Shown here piece by piece: positions 1-8,984 of a DNA stretch of 64,000 nt. Origin of the DNA: Alphaproteobacteria bacterium. Its GTDB lineage: Bacteria; Pseudomonadota; Alphaproteobacteria; UBA828. The stretch covers positions 1,056,001 through 1,120,000 of the forward strand of contig CAXXMU010000001.1 in NCBI GenBank assembly GCA_963667785.2. Reading direction: 5' to 3'. The position numbers were made by a program, and so were the translations under genes. The first letter of the stretch is position 1, and each line of letters opens with the position of its first letter. The notes beneath the pieces are model-generated. The model did no database searches and had not been told where the DNA came from. It saw only the letters and a program-made list of their open reading frames with translations.

Positions 1-1130
1 TTCTCGTCCTGCTGCACCGGCAAGTCGCGGCCGATGCTGCGGTCGATCAGCGTCTCCACCCACATCTGGCTGGGGTTGTCGGGATCCGGGTAGTAGCCGA
101 GCAGCTGGTTCTGCTCCTCTGTCCAGTAGTCGGCGATCTTGAGATTGGGACCGCGTGCCTTGAACGCCTTGGTGTAGGCGAGCTTGGCCTGGACGTGGGC
201 CTGGCTCATGTACTTGATCCACTCCAGCGCGAGCTCCTTGTTCTCGCTCTGCTTGCAGACGGTGGCCACTTCCTGCCAGCGGATGCCGCCCTGCACCGGG
301 ATCGTCGATTCCACGTTGTCGTGGCCCGCGAGCTTCAGGTCGATTTCGAGGTCGCCGAGCATGGCGGCGGCGACATCGCCGTTGATCATCGCCTGCACGA
401 TGGGCTGGGCGCTGGAGCCGAACATGTTGACCTGGGGCCGGAGCTTGAGCAGCCAGTCGCGGACGGCGCCGAGCTGCTCGTCGGTCAGGTCGTAGGGGTT
501 CTCCTTGTTGGGATGGACCGCGAGGCTGGCATTGCCCATGTTCGGCAGGTACCAGTCGAAGATGCCGATCTTGCCCTCGAACTTGGGCAGGAAGAGCGAG
601 TTCCAGTCGCCGCTCTCCTCCTTGGACATGTGATCCGTGATGTAGGAGATGGCGTAGAAGCTGAAACGCGTCGGCGTGCCCCAGACCATCCCGTCGCCGG
701 CCTGCACCTGGTGCATGTCGTTGAATTTCGGGTGGTAGTTGGCGAGCTCGCTGATCTCGCCGGGGTTGTAGGGCTCGATCGCGTCGATGGCGGCGAGCTT
801 GCGGATGTACTCGGCGTCCACCAGGACGTTGTCGTAGGTGCCGCGCGGCGTCTGGTTGAAGAATTGGAGCATCTGCTCGCCGCCGATATAGATCTTGAAC
901 TCCACGTTGACGCCGTGCGTGTCCTCGAACTCCTGGATGACGCCCTTTTCCTCGTAGCCGGGCCAGGTCAGCACCCTGAGCGTGTCCGCCGCGCGCGCCG
1001 TGCGCGAGAAGATGGTGAGCGAGCCCGCAGCCGCTGCGCCCGCCGCCGCCGCGCCGCCCTTCAGCAGGGTCCGCCGATTGACCCTGAGGCCGGTAGGTTC
1101 GGTGTTCTTCGCCTTGTCGCTGTCTTTCAT
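1..1130 (-). CDS. PotD/PotF-like polyamine ABC transporter substrate-binding protein, Tat-exported (3' end runs off the window)
   Basis: Manual minus-strand translation from the ATG at 1130: MKDSDKAKNTEPTGLRVNRRTLLKGGAAAAG (twin-arginine signal), then DTLRVLTWPGYEEKGVIQEFEDTHGVNVEF, typical of PotD-type SBPs. Frame is open to base 1. GGAGG RBS upstream. Absent from the ORF track because it has no stop in the window. Confidence 0.85.
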   Translation of the reverse strand, partial: MKDSDKAKNTEPTGLRVNRRTLLKGGAAAAGAAAAGSLTIFSRTARAADTLRVLTWPGYEEKGVIQEFEDTHGVNVEFKIYIGGEQMLQFFNQTPRGTYDNVLVDAEYIRKLAAIDAIEPYNPGEISELANYHPKFNDMHQVQAGDGMVWGTPTRFSFYAISYITDHMSKEESGDWNSLFLPKFEGKIGIFDWYLPNMGNASLAVHPNKENPYDLTDEQLGAVRDWLLKLRPQVNMFGSSAQPIVQAMINGDVAAAMLGDLEIDLKLAGHDNVESTIPVQGGIRWQEVATVCKQSENKELALEWIKYMSQAHVQAKLAYTKAFKARGPNLKIADYWTEEQNQLLGYYPDPDNPSQMWVETLIDRSIGRDLPVQQDE

Positions 1131-1333
1131 GGAAGCCTCCTTGCCATAAACTCCTGACCGGGAGCGGCCCGTCTGCGGGAGCGGCGAATCAGGGGCGGTC
1201 GCCGCGCGACCGCCTCGCCGACATCCCGGCAATGGCCTTTCCTCTCCCCCATGCCCGGCCGTCGCCGCCCGCATGGTGCTTCGATCATTTGAGACCGTGG
1301 CAACCGGCCGTGTCAATGCGCCGCCCGTCGCGC

Positions 1334-2350
1334 TCAGGTCGATGCCGCCGACCTCGCCCACTGCCGCTCGCGCAGCCGGCGCTTCATCCTCTCGTGCGCC
1401 TCGTCCGAGCCGTCGTGGTAGGTGCCCATCAGCTTGTCGATGATCGGCATCTCGTCGCTGCCGTAGTTGCACTCGAAATACTGGTGGTGGAGGTAGTGCA
1501 TGTAGAGGCCGATGGAGAGGCTGCGCCCGCCCTCGGTACCGAAGCGGTCGTAGCCCGAGTGCCCGCCCGCCGGCGACAGCCCCATGTGGACGAGATGGAA
1601 CATGGCATGGAGCGGGTGCGTGGCGATCACCCAGTGCACCACCACTCCCGAGAAGTAGATCAGGTGCTCGATCGGGTGCATCGAGAGACCCGACCACGGC
1701 CCGATGTTGATGTTGCGGTGGTGCAGGTAGTGGGCGAGGCGATAGAGCGGCTTCCAGTGCAGCAGGCGGTGGGTGAGATAGAAGTGGACGTCGCGAAACA
1801 GCGGAATCAGCACCATGAGGATGACGAACCAGGCCGGATTCTCCGCAAAGTCGAGATAGGGAATGATCTCGTTGGCGTAGAGCCACCAGGTCACCGCCTC
1901 GTAGGCGGTCCAGATCGTCACGCCGCTCGCCAGCGACCAGAAGACGTTCTCGCGAACCTGGCTGCCGAAGAGCCGTGACCTGCCCCTGGGCTGCTCGATC
2001 CGCGACGAGTAGCGATAGTCCGTCCCCTGCGCCTTGAACACGTAGAGGTAGAGGTGCATGCCGCCGAAGAAGAAGATCGCGAGCCCCAGGTTGCGGGCGA
2101 AGATGAGCGCGATCCACCACGCCTCGAAGGTCGCCATCTCGGCGAGAGGCGGCGTCAGGAAGTACCACGCCAGCACGGCGACCCCGAGATAGATCGCGTA
2201 CCACGGCCACAGATAGCCCGGCCAGCCGAAGAACCAACGCAGGATGCCGAGGGGGCGGGGCGGCCACAGCCACGGCGCCGGCATCTCCTTGAGGTAGTCG
2301 GGCCTCCAGTTGCCGCGCTCGTCGCGGGTCACGGCGGTGGCATCGGCCAT
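1334..2350 (-). CDS. Sterol desaturase / fatty acid hydroxylase superfamily membrane diiron enzyme
   Basis: His boxes HRLLH, HYLHH, HSG and HYLHH; GLSMHPIEH motif; several TM segments. Confidence 0.88.
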   Translation of the reverse strand: MADATAVTRDERGNWRPDYLKEMPAPWLWPPRPLGILRWFFGWPGYLWPWYAIYLGVAVLAWYFLTPPLAEMATFEAWWIALIFARNLGLAIFFFGGMHLYLYVFKAQGTDYRYSSRIEQPRGRSRLFGSQVRENVFWSLASGVTIWTAYEAVTWWLYANEIIPYLDFAENPAWFVILMVLIPLFRDVHFYLTHRLLHWKPLYRLAHYLHHRNINIGPWSGLSMHPIEHLIYFSGVVVHWVIATHPLHAMFHLVHMGLSPAGGHSGYDRFGTEGGRSLSIGLYMHYLHHQYFECNYGSDEMPIIDKLMGTYHDGSDEAHERMKRRLRERQWARSAAST

Positions 2351-2441
2351 GGTCGGCCTCCGGCGCTTCGGAGCGTCGTGCTCCCCGCTACCTTAGTGAT
2401 CGCCCGGCACCGATGTCGAGCCCGTGCGGCGCCCGGCGCCC

Positions 2442-3449
2442 TCAGCTCGCGCGCTTGGCCTCCATCAGGGCGTGCTGCAGCTCGACGAGGCGGGCCTCGA
2501 TGTGCGCGCCCGCCAGCACCGGCGGGTATCTGGGCCGATCGTCGGGGCCGGTGCAGCTCTCGAGGCAGCGGATCTCGGCATTGACGTTCGCGCCCATGAA
2601 GAAGGGGACGGAGTAGCGGTGCCGCCCGGTCCGGTTCGCGGCGCGGTGGACGTTCGAGGTGAAGCGGTCGTTGGTCCAGCGGGCCATGAGGTCGCCGATA
2701 TTGACGACGAAGGTGCCGGCGGCGGGCGGAATGTCGATCCACTCGCCCGCGCCGTTCAGGACCTGGAGGCCCGGAGTGGCGTCCTGCGCCAGGATCGTGA
2801 ACATCTCGTAGTCGGTGTGCGCGCCCAGGCCGAGCCGTGTCTCCCCGGCGGGCTGGGGCGGATAGTGCAGGAGCCTGAGCGCGCCGGCGGCGCGGTCGAA
2901 CTTGTCGAGAAAGTACGCCTCGGGAAGATCGAGCGCGAGGGCGAAGGCGCGGAGCAGCGCGTTCGAGACCTCCAGCATCGCCGCGTAGTAGGTCTCGACG
3001 GCGGCGCGCAGGCCCGGCGTGCAGGACGGCCAGAGGTTGGGGCCGTAGAGGAGGCTGCCCGCGCATTCCGGCGGATCGTCGGGCGCGTTCTCGCGGCCGA
3101 AGTCGATCACCTCGTGGGGCTCGTAATAGTCCGTGGTGGCGTCGTGCCGCTCCTCGTAGAGCCCGGAATAGCCGCGGAAAAACCGGGACTTGCTGGCGTG
3201 GATCTCGCGCTTCGCCTCTTCCGGCTGGGCGTAGAAGCGCGCCATCTCGCGGAACAGGTCGTCGACGGTGGCCTGCGCGATGCCGTGGTTGCGGATGTAG
3301 AAGAAGCCCACGTCGCGGCAGGCATCGTGCACCGCGTTGCCCACGCGGCGCCGGGCCTCCGCGCTTCCGCGAAGGAGCGGTGCGATATCGATCTGCGGCA
3401 CTTCCTCGAACGCAGCCACATGGACGCGACCCGATTCGACCTCGCTCAC
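2442..3449 (-). CDS. 2-oxoglutarate/Fe(II) dioxygenase, isopenicillin N synthase-like (DIOX_N + 2OG-FeII_Oxy)
   Basis: ACRDVGFFYIRNHGI, LRLLHYP, HTD...H...RYS motifs. Confidence 0.92.
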   Translation of the reverse strand: MSEVESGRVHVAAFEEVPQIDIAPLLRGSAEARRRVGNAVHDACRDVGFFYIRNHGIAQATVDDLFREMARFYAQPEEAKREIHASKSRFFRGYSGLYEERHDATTDYYEPHEVIDFGRENAPDDPPECAGSLLYGPNLWPSCTPGLRAAVETYYAAMLEVSNALLRAFALALDLPEAYFLDKFDRAAGALRLLHYPPQPAGETRLGLGAHTDYEMFTILAQDATPGLQVLNGAGEWIDIPPAAGTFVVNIGDLMARWTNDRFTSNVHRAANRTGRHRYSVPFFMGANVNAEIRCLESCTGPDDRPRYPPVLAGAHIEARLVELQHALMEAKRAS

Positions 3450-3550
3450 GACCGCTCTCTCCCTCCCGCTCGGGCCGCACCCGCCGGGCGGCCCGGCCGA
3501 AATTCTAGTTGAGCAGCGCCGGCAACACCATGCTCGCGGCGTCCGGCCGC

Positions 3551-3580
3551 TTGACAGCGGGCGGCGCGGTTGCTTTCTCT
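3551..3580 (+). promoter_or_regulatory. Putative sigma70 promoter of tRNA-Val
   Basis: Perfect TTGACA at 3551-3556, about 40 bp upstream of the tRNA; the -10 is degenerate. Confidence 0.5.
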
Positions 3581-3595
3581 AGGCACCTGTCGGGC

Positions 3596-3670
3596 GGGCG
3601 CTTAGCTCAGCGGGAGAGCACCGTCTTCACACGGCGGGGGTCGCTGGTTCAAATCCAGCAGCGCCCACCA
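3596..3670 (+). tRNA. tRNA-Val(CAC)
   Basis: Cloverleaf GGGCGCT...AGCGCCC-ACCA, D-arm AGCTCAGCGGGAGAGC, anticodon loop TT-CAC-AC, T-loop GGTTCAAATCC. Confidence 0.96.
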
Positions 3671-3743
3671 GCCCGGCCTGCCGGCGACGCGATGCGGCAG
3701 CCCAACCGTGCCGCCCTGCGGCAACTCATCGGGAGCGAGAACG

Positions 3744-4622
3744 ATGGCAGAGGTCGCATGCGTGGTCGATTGCCGGGACGAGCTCGGCGAGAGCCCGGTC
3801 TGGTGCCCCGTCGACCGGCGGCTCTACTGGCTCGACATCAAGGGCCAGACGATCAGCCGGTTCACGCCGGGGACCGGCGAATACCGGCAGGTGCCGGTGG
3901 ACGAGCAGCCCGGCTCGCTGGTGCTGCGCGAGCAGGGGGGCATGGTGGTCGCCTTCTATGGCGGCTTCCGCTTCTTCGACCCGGAGACCGGCGCGATCGA
4001 GACCATCCACGAGGTCGAGCAGGACACGCCCGAGAGCCGCATGAACGACGGCCGCTGCGACCGGCAGGGCCGCTTCTGGGCCGGCAGCATGGACGACGGC
4101 ATGACGGGCCGGCCGCTCGGCTCTCTCTATCGCCTCGACCACGACCTCGGCCTGCACAAGTGCGAGACCGGCATCGTCGTCTCCAACTCGATCGCCTTCA
4201 GCCCCGAAGGCGAGACCATGTACTACGCCGACCTCGACCAGGACGTGATCTGGGCCTACGACCTCGACACCGCCACCGGCGCACTCTCGAACAAGCGCGT
4301 CTTCGTCGGCCCCGGCAGCGCGCCGGGCATCCCCGACGGCTCCACCGTCGATGCGGAAGGCTACGTCTGGAACGCGCGCTGGAACGGCTGGTGCGTCGCC
4401 CGCTTCGCGCCGGACGGCACGCTCGACCGCACCGTCGAGATGCCCTTCCAGCAGGTGACCTGCCCGATGTTCGGCGGCTCCGGCCTCGACGTGCTCTACG
4501 TGACGGGCGCCCGCGTCAACCTGGGTGAGGATGTGCTCGCAGGCCAGGAGCAGGCAGGCAGCCTCTTCGCCGTCACCGGCACGGGCTGCACCGGCCTGCC
4601 CGAGCCCCGCTTCAGGGGCTGA
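3744..4622 (+). CDS. SMP-30/gluconolactonase/LRE family protein
   Basis: LGESPVW, RMNDGRCD, SNSIAFSP and PDGSTVDAEG motifs; start at MAEVAC. Confidence 0.92.
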   Translation: MAEVACVVDCRDELGESPVWCPVDRRLYWLDIKGQTISRFTPGTGEYRQVPVDEQPGSLVLREQGGMVVAFYGGFRFFDPETGAIETIHEVEQDTPESRMNDGRCDRQGRFWAGSMDDGMTGRPLGSLYRLDHDLGLHKCETGIVVSNSIAFSPEGETMYYADLDQDVIWAYDLDTATGALSNKRVFVGPGSAPGIPDGSTVDAEGYVWNARWNGWCVARFAPDGTLDRTVEMPFQQVTCPMFGGSGLDVLYVTGARVNLGEDVLAGQEQAGSLFAVTGTGCTGLPEPRFRG

Positions 4623-4659
4623 GGCGGCACGGCGGCGCTCCCGTCACTCCCTCACGCCT

Positions 4660-4752
4660 TCATGCCCGGACTCGTTCCGGGCATCTCGCCCAGCCAGACC
4701 CGTCGAACGCCACGCAAACGCGTGGATGGCCGGGACAAGCCCGGCCAAGACG
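4660..4752. repeat. CGTC-tagged REP-like double palindrome, copy 1
   Basis: TCATGCCCGGACTCGTTCCGGGCAT...GGATGGCCGGGACAAGCCCGGCCAAGACG; arms nearly identical to the copy at 57259-57344. Confidence 0.8.
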
Positions 4753-4796
4753 TCAAGTGGTGGTGCGCGACCGGATTCGAACGTCGGCAACAGGGC

Positions 4797-5852
4797 TCAG
4801 CCCGCCGGGATGACGCGGGCGGCGCGCATGTCGTCGAAGATCTCGATGAAGTTCTGCTCGGTGTCGATGGCCTCGGTGAAGCCGTACTGCAGGCGCTTGG
4901 TGTCCTCGAGGATGGTGTCCCAGGTGCGGCCGAAGTTCCAGTCGGCGAAGCCCCAGTCGCCGAGATCGGAGTAGGCCATCGGCTTGAGCTGGTGCGTGCG
5001 GGCGATCTCGTCCCAGACCGGGCCCTTGTCCGCCATGAAGTCCGCGAGCTTCATCGGCATCACGACGCCCGGCCGGCAGCCGAAATACTCGGTGAAGAGC
5101 GGCCACAGGTTGCACCATCGCATGCCCGAGACGTTGGTCACGTTGAACGCCTCGCCGGCGCAGGCGGGGGTCTGGGCGGCCCAGGCGGCGCAGCGGCCGA
5201 GCAGGCGCGCATCCACGAACTTGTTGAAGGCCGTGAACGCCGCCTCCGGCCCCGGATAGTTGAGCGGCACGTCCATCGCCTTGCAGACGCAGGCGTAGAC
5301 CGCGACCAGCGATGCGGTGTTGAGCGGAATGCCCTCGGCGAAGCCGACCACCGCCTCCGGCCTGAGGATGGTGTAGTTCCAGGACTTGCCCGCCTGCTGG
5401 GCGGCGATGAAGTCCTGCTGGTTGTAATAGAAGTTGGGCGGCAGGTGGCGCGGATCGGTCTCCTTCGACGGCGTCTTGTGCGGGCCGAGGTGGACGCCGT
5501 AGTACTTGCCGCCCTGCACCAGGATCACGCGCTCGAGCGCAGGCGAGATGGGCTCGATCACGCCGACGGAGTTGGTCACGAGCGCGAGGTTGCCCTCGAC
5601 GTTCTCGGCCTCCACGCCGCCGGAGAGGCCCGCGTAGAAGATGTGGGTGACGTCGGTGAGGCCCGCCAGCTTCTCCCTGGCGCCGGCCTCGTCCAGCAGG
5701 TCGACGGAGATGAAGGTGGCTCCGGTCTCGAAGTTCGCCGGCCTGCGGGAGAGGCCAACGATGTCCCACCCGCCTTCGGCCTCGAGTGCCTGGATGATGT
5801 TGCGCCCGATCATGCCGAGGCCGCCGACGACCACCGCCTTACCCTTCGCCAT
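4797..5852 (-). CDS. Atypical SDR of the PRISE (progesterone 5-beta-reductase / iridoid synthase-like) family
   Basis: GGLGMIG Rossmann motif, QGGKYYG, PNFYYNQQD and LRP motifs; start trimmed to MAKGKAVV. Confidence 0.82.
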   Translation of the reverse strand: MAKGKAVVVGGLGMIGRNIIQALEAEGGWDIVGLSRRPANFETGATFISVDLLDEAGAREKLAGLTDVTHIFYAGLSGGVEAENVEGNLALVTNSVGVIEPISPALERVILVQGGKYYGVHLGPHKTPSKETDPRHLPPNFYYNQQDFIAAQQAGKSWNYTILRPEAVVGFAEGIPLNTASLVAVYACVCKAMDVPLNYPGPEAAFTAFNKFVDARLLGRCAAWAAQTPACAGEAFNVTNVSGMRWCNLWPLFTEYFGCRPGVVMPMKLADFMADKGPVWDEIARTHQLKPMAYSDLGDWGFADWNFGRTWDTILEDTKRLQYGFTEAIDTEQNFIEIFDDMRAARVIPAG

Positions 5853-6011
5853 TCCTGCTCTCCTCATTGCTCTGCGGGCCGCGCCCGGACGGCGCGCATG
5901 ATAGGCGGCGGGCACCTCGGGTCAAACCGGCGGCGGGACAGGGGCGGGTAGGGCGATCCGCGCGGGTGGGCTAACCTGACCGCGTTCCGTGACTGGCCGG
6001 GGAGAGACGCC

Positions 6012-7388
6012 ATGACACGCGATTGGGACGAGCTCGAGCGCTGGGACCGCGCCTACTACCTGCACGGGCTGCAGGCCGAGTCCGAGCTCAGCGTCACCGC
6101 AGTGGACGCGACCGACGGCAACTACCTCGTGCTCGCCGACGGCACCCGGCTGCTGGACTTCATGAGCCAGCTCATCTCGGACAATCTGGGGCACCGGCAC
6201 CCGGCGATCCACGGCGCGCTCGCGCAAGCCATGGAGCGCTACGGCCACGTCACCTACACGCTGGCGAACGAGTACCGCGCCCGGGCCGCGAAGCTCGTGA
6301 TCGCCGACGTGCTGGGGCGGGAGGACTGGGCCGGCCGGCTCCGCATCCTGCCGTCCGGCACCGAAGCGGTGGAGAGCTGCATCATGATGGCGCGCCTCTA
6401 CACCGGGCGCAGCGTGATCCTGACCCAGGCCCATTCCTTCCACGGCATGACCGTGGGCGCCACGATGATGCGGGGCTACCGCAACAACATCTCGACCGAG
6501 GATGGCTTCGCGGACGTTGCCGACGTGCCGGGCTGGCCGCCGCAGGGCTACATCCCGATCCCGCCGCCGGAGCACGAGGACTGGCAGGGCAGCGGCCCGC
6601 TGCCCTCGCTCGAGGCGACGGAGCACATCGTGCGCGCGGTCGGGCCCGAGAACGTCGCGGCGGTCATCAGCGAGCCGATGTTCGGCGCCGGCGGCACCTT
6701 CCCCCACATGGACTACATGCCGGGGCTGCGCGCGCTCTGCGACAAGTACGGCTTCCTCTGGATCGACGACGAGGTGATCACCGGCTTCGGGCGGCTCGGC
6801 GAATGGTTCGGCTACATGCACTGGCCGGGGGTGAAGCCCGACCTGATGGCGGCCGGCAAGGGCATCAACGGCTCGGCGCTGCCGGTCGGCGCAGTGATCG
6901 CGAGCGGAACCATCGCCGACTACTTCGAGAAGGCCCGCTGGTGGACCGGCAGCACCTGGGACGGCCATCCCCTCGTCTGCGCGACCATCGTCGGCAATCT
7001 CGAGTACATGCTCGCCCACGACATCATGCAGCAGGTGCGCCAGCGCGGCGCCTACCTCAAGGACCGGCTCGATGCGCTCGGGGAGAGGCACCCCAGCGTC
7101 GGCCGCGTGTCGGGGCGGGGCCTCTTCTACACCGTCGATCTGGTGGACGGGAACGGCGAGCCGATCGTTCCGGAGGACCGCTACTCCGCCTTCACCGGCG
7201 ATCTCGGCACCCATCCCAACGTCATCGTCGCGGCCGAGAACGCGAAGCGCGGAGTCTTCCTCGGCGGCTTCTCGCCGAACACGATCAAGCTCGGCCCGCC
7301 CTTCACCATCACCCAGGAGGAGATCGACACCGCGACGGATGCGCTCGACGCCGCGCTCACGGTGATCGACGAGCGCTTCACCCGCTGA
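6012..7388 (+). CDS. Class III PLP-dependent aminotransferase
   Basis: SGTEAVE, SFHG, DDEVITGFGRLG and PDLMAAGKG motifs. Confidence 0.92.
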   Translation: MTRDWDELERWDRAYYLHGLQAESELSVTAVDATDGNYLVLADGTRLLDFMSQLISDNLGHRHPAIHGALAQAMERYGHVTYTLANEYRARAAKLVIADVLGREDWAGRLRILPSGTEAVESCIMMARLYTGRSVILTQAHSFHGMTVGATMMRGYRNNISTEDGFADVADVPGWPPQGYIPIPPPEHEDWQGSGPLPSLEATEHIVRAVGPENVAAVISEPMFGAGGTFPHMDYMPGLRALCDKYGFLWIDDEVITGFGRLGEWFGYMHWPGVKPDLMAAGKGINGSALPVGAVIASGTIADYFEKARWWTGSTWDGHPLVCATIVGNLEYMLAHDIMQQVRQRGAYLKDRLDALGERHPSVGRVSGRGLFYTVDLVDGNGEPIVPEDRYSAFTGDLGTHPNVIVAAENAKRGVFLGGFSPNTIKLGPPFTITQEEIDTATDALDAALTVIDERFTR

Positions 7389-7415
7389 CGGCGCCCGGCC
7401 CCTGCCCGCAGCGCT

Positions 7416-7820
7416 CTACGGCATGCCCTCGATGGTGGGGAGCGCGGGAATCGCGTCGAGCCAGTGCTGCATCGACCGGGCGAATATGTGGGTCTTCGGG
7501 ACCAGCCGGTCGCGCTGGGCGATGGTGCCGACGCGGATGCCGTAGAAGGGGCCGGCCGGGTCCGAGGTGGCGTAGATCGGCGATCCGCAGGTGGGGCAGA
7601 AGGCCTGCTGGCGCCTGTTGCCGCTGTCCGCGATCTTGACGTAGACCTTGAGCTCGCCGGAGAGCAGGGTGAACGCGCCTTCCTTCGTGAACGCGACCGT
7701 GCGGAACGCCGAGCCCGAGAGGGTCTGGCAATCCGTGCAGTTGCAGATGAGGATGCGGTCGGTATCGAGCTCCGCCTCGTAGGTTATCTGCCCGCAGAAG
7801 CAGGCGCCGTCCACCTTCAT
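7416..7820 (-). CDS. GFA/CENP-V family zinc protein
   Basis: GACFCG, CNCTDCQ and FCPTCGS motifs. Confidence 0.9.
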   Translation of the reverse strand: MKVDGACFCGQITYEAELDTDRILICNCTDCQTLSGSAFRTVAFTKEGAFTLLSGELKVYVKIADSGNRRQQAFCPTCGSPIYATSDPAGPFYGIRVGTIAQRDRLVPKTHIFARSMQHWLDAIPALPTIEGMP

Positions 7821-7863
7821 CCCCTCTCTCCTCTCGCCATGGGCCGGGCCGCGCCGGACGCGG

Positions 7864-8820
7864 CTACTCGAACACGATGCGCGGCATGTAGCAGGAGACC
7901 ACCCAGTTGGGCCGGTCGACGATCTCGCTGATGCGGAGGTCGGCGCAGACGCTGCAGAGCATGTAGGCGTCGGCCGCCGCCAGGCCGCGCGAGGCGCCGA
8001 GCCGGTCGATCATGCCGCGCACCGCGTTCTGCGCCGCTTCCATCAGGTCGGGGCCGATGCCCGTGGTCACCTCGTAGCCGCTGCCGTCGAGATGGCGGGA
8101 GACCGGGCCCGGCGTCTCGAAGCGCGGGAAGCGCAGCCCCTCTCCCTTGATCAGGTCGAGCCGGACGACCGGCGCCATGGGCGATTCGATCGCCGTGCCG
8201 CACACCTCGCCATCGCCCTGGGCGCAGTGCGGGTCGCCGATCGAGAAGAGCCCGCCCGGAACCTGCACCGGGAGATAGAGGTCCACGCCCATGGTGAGGT
8301 CGCGGATGTCCATGTTGCCGCCGCTCTCGTAGGGCGGCACGGTGCTGAAGCCGCCGGGCTCGGCGCGGGCGAGGCCGATCGTGCCGCAGAAGGGCTTCAG
8401 CGGCACGCGGGCGATGCTCGAATAGGCGGCGGGCTCGCGAAAGCCCGTGTCGTAGGACCAGATGTTGAGTGAGGCCTCCGGGAAGTCGTCGGCCAGCAGG
8501 CCGAAGCCGGGGACGATCGCGGTCCAGGCCCAGCCGGACGGCGTGAGCTCCACAAGGGTCGCCTTGACCGTGTCGCCCGGCTCGGCACCGTCGATGAAGA
8601 CGGGTCCGGCGATCGGGTTGACCCGGGCGAAGTCGAGATTGGCGACCGCCTCGGGCGTGGAATCGGGTGCGAGCTGGCCGCACACCGCGTCGACCTCCGC
8701 GAACGCGACCGTTTCCCCCGGCGCCACGGTCAACGCCGGCTCGCGGGCGTTGTCCCAGGTCATGTGCTGATGGCCGGCGTGGATCGTGTGCGCGCCGAGC
8801 GCCTTGTCGGATCCGCTCAC
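7864..8820 (-). CDS. Acetamidase/formamidase family protein
   Basis: GPVFIDGAEPGD, GGNMD and GDPHCAQGDGEVCGTAIE motifs; strong GGAGGAGG RBS before the GTG start. Confidence 0.93.
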   Translation of the reverse strand: MSGSDKALGAHTIHAGHQHMTWDNAREPALTVAPGETVAFAEVDAVCGQLAPDSTPEAVANLDFARVNPIAGPVFIDGAEPGDTVKATLVELTPSGWAWTAIVPGFGLLADDFPEASLNIWSYDTGFREPAAYSSIARVPLKPFCGTIGLARAEPGGFSTVPPYESGGNMDIRDLTMGVDLYLPVQVPGGLFSIGDPHCAQGDGEVCGTAIESPMAPVVRLDLIKGEGLRFPRFETPGPVSRHLDGSGYEVTTGIGPDLMEAAQNAVRGMIDRLGASRGLAAADAYMLCSVCADLRISEIVDRPNWVVSCYMPRIVFE

Positions 8821-8842
8821 GGGGCGACCCTCCTCCTGCCCG

Positions 8843-8965
8843 TCATTCCGCGGCGTCCTGCACCCCGGCTCGCGGGCGATGGCCGGTGCGGAAGAGCGTG
8901 TTGGCCATCTTGCGGCAGACGGCCTCGAAGCGCTTGTTCAGGATCGCGAGGCGAACGCCGTCCAT
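8843..8965 (-). pseudogene. Hydantoinase B / oxoprolinase (HyuB-like) remnant, 40 aa
   Basis: Manual translation MDGVRLAILNKRFEAVCRKMANTLFRTGHRPRAGVQDAAE*. The first ~28 aa match the typical hydantoinase-B N-terminus (recognised from memory); the ORF then ends abruptly. Confidence 0.7.
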
Positions 8966-8984
8966 CGGCTCGTCCCGTGGCCGG

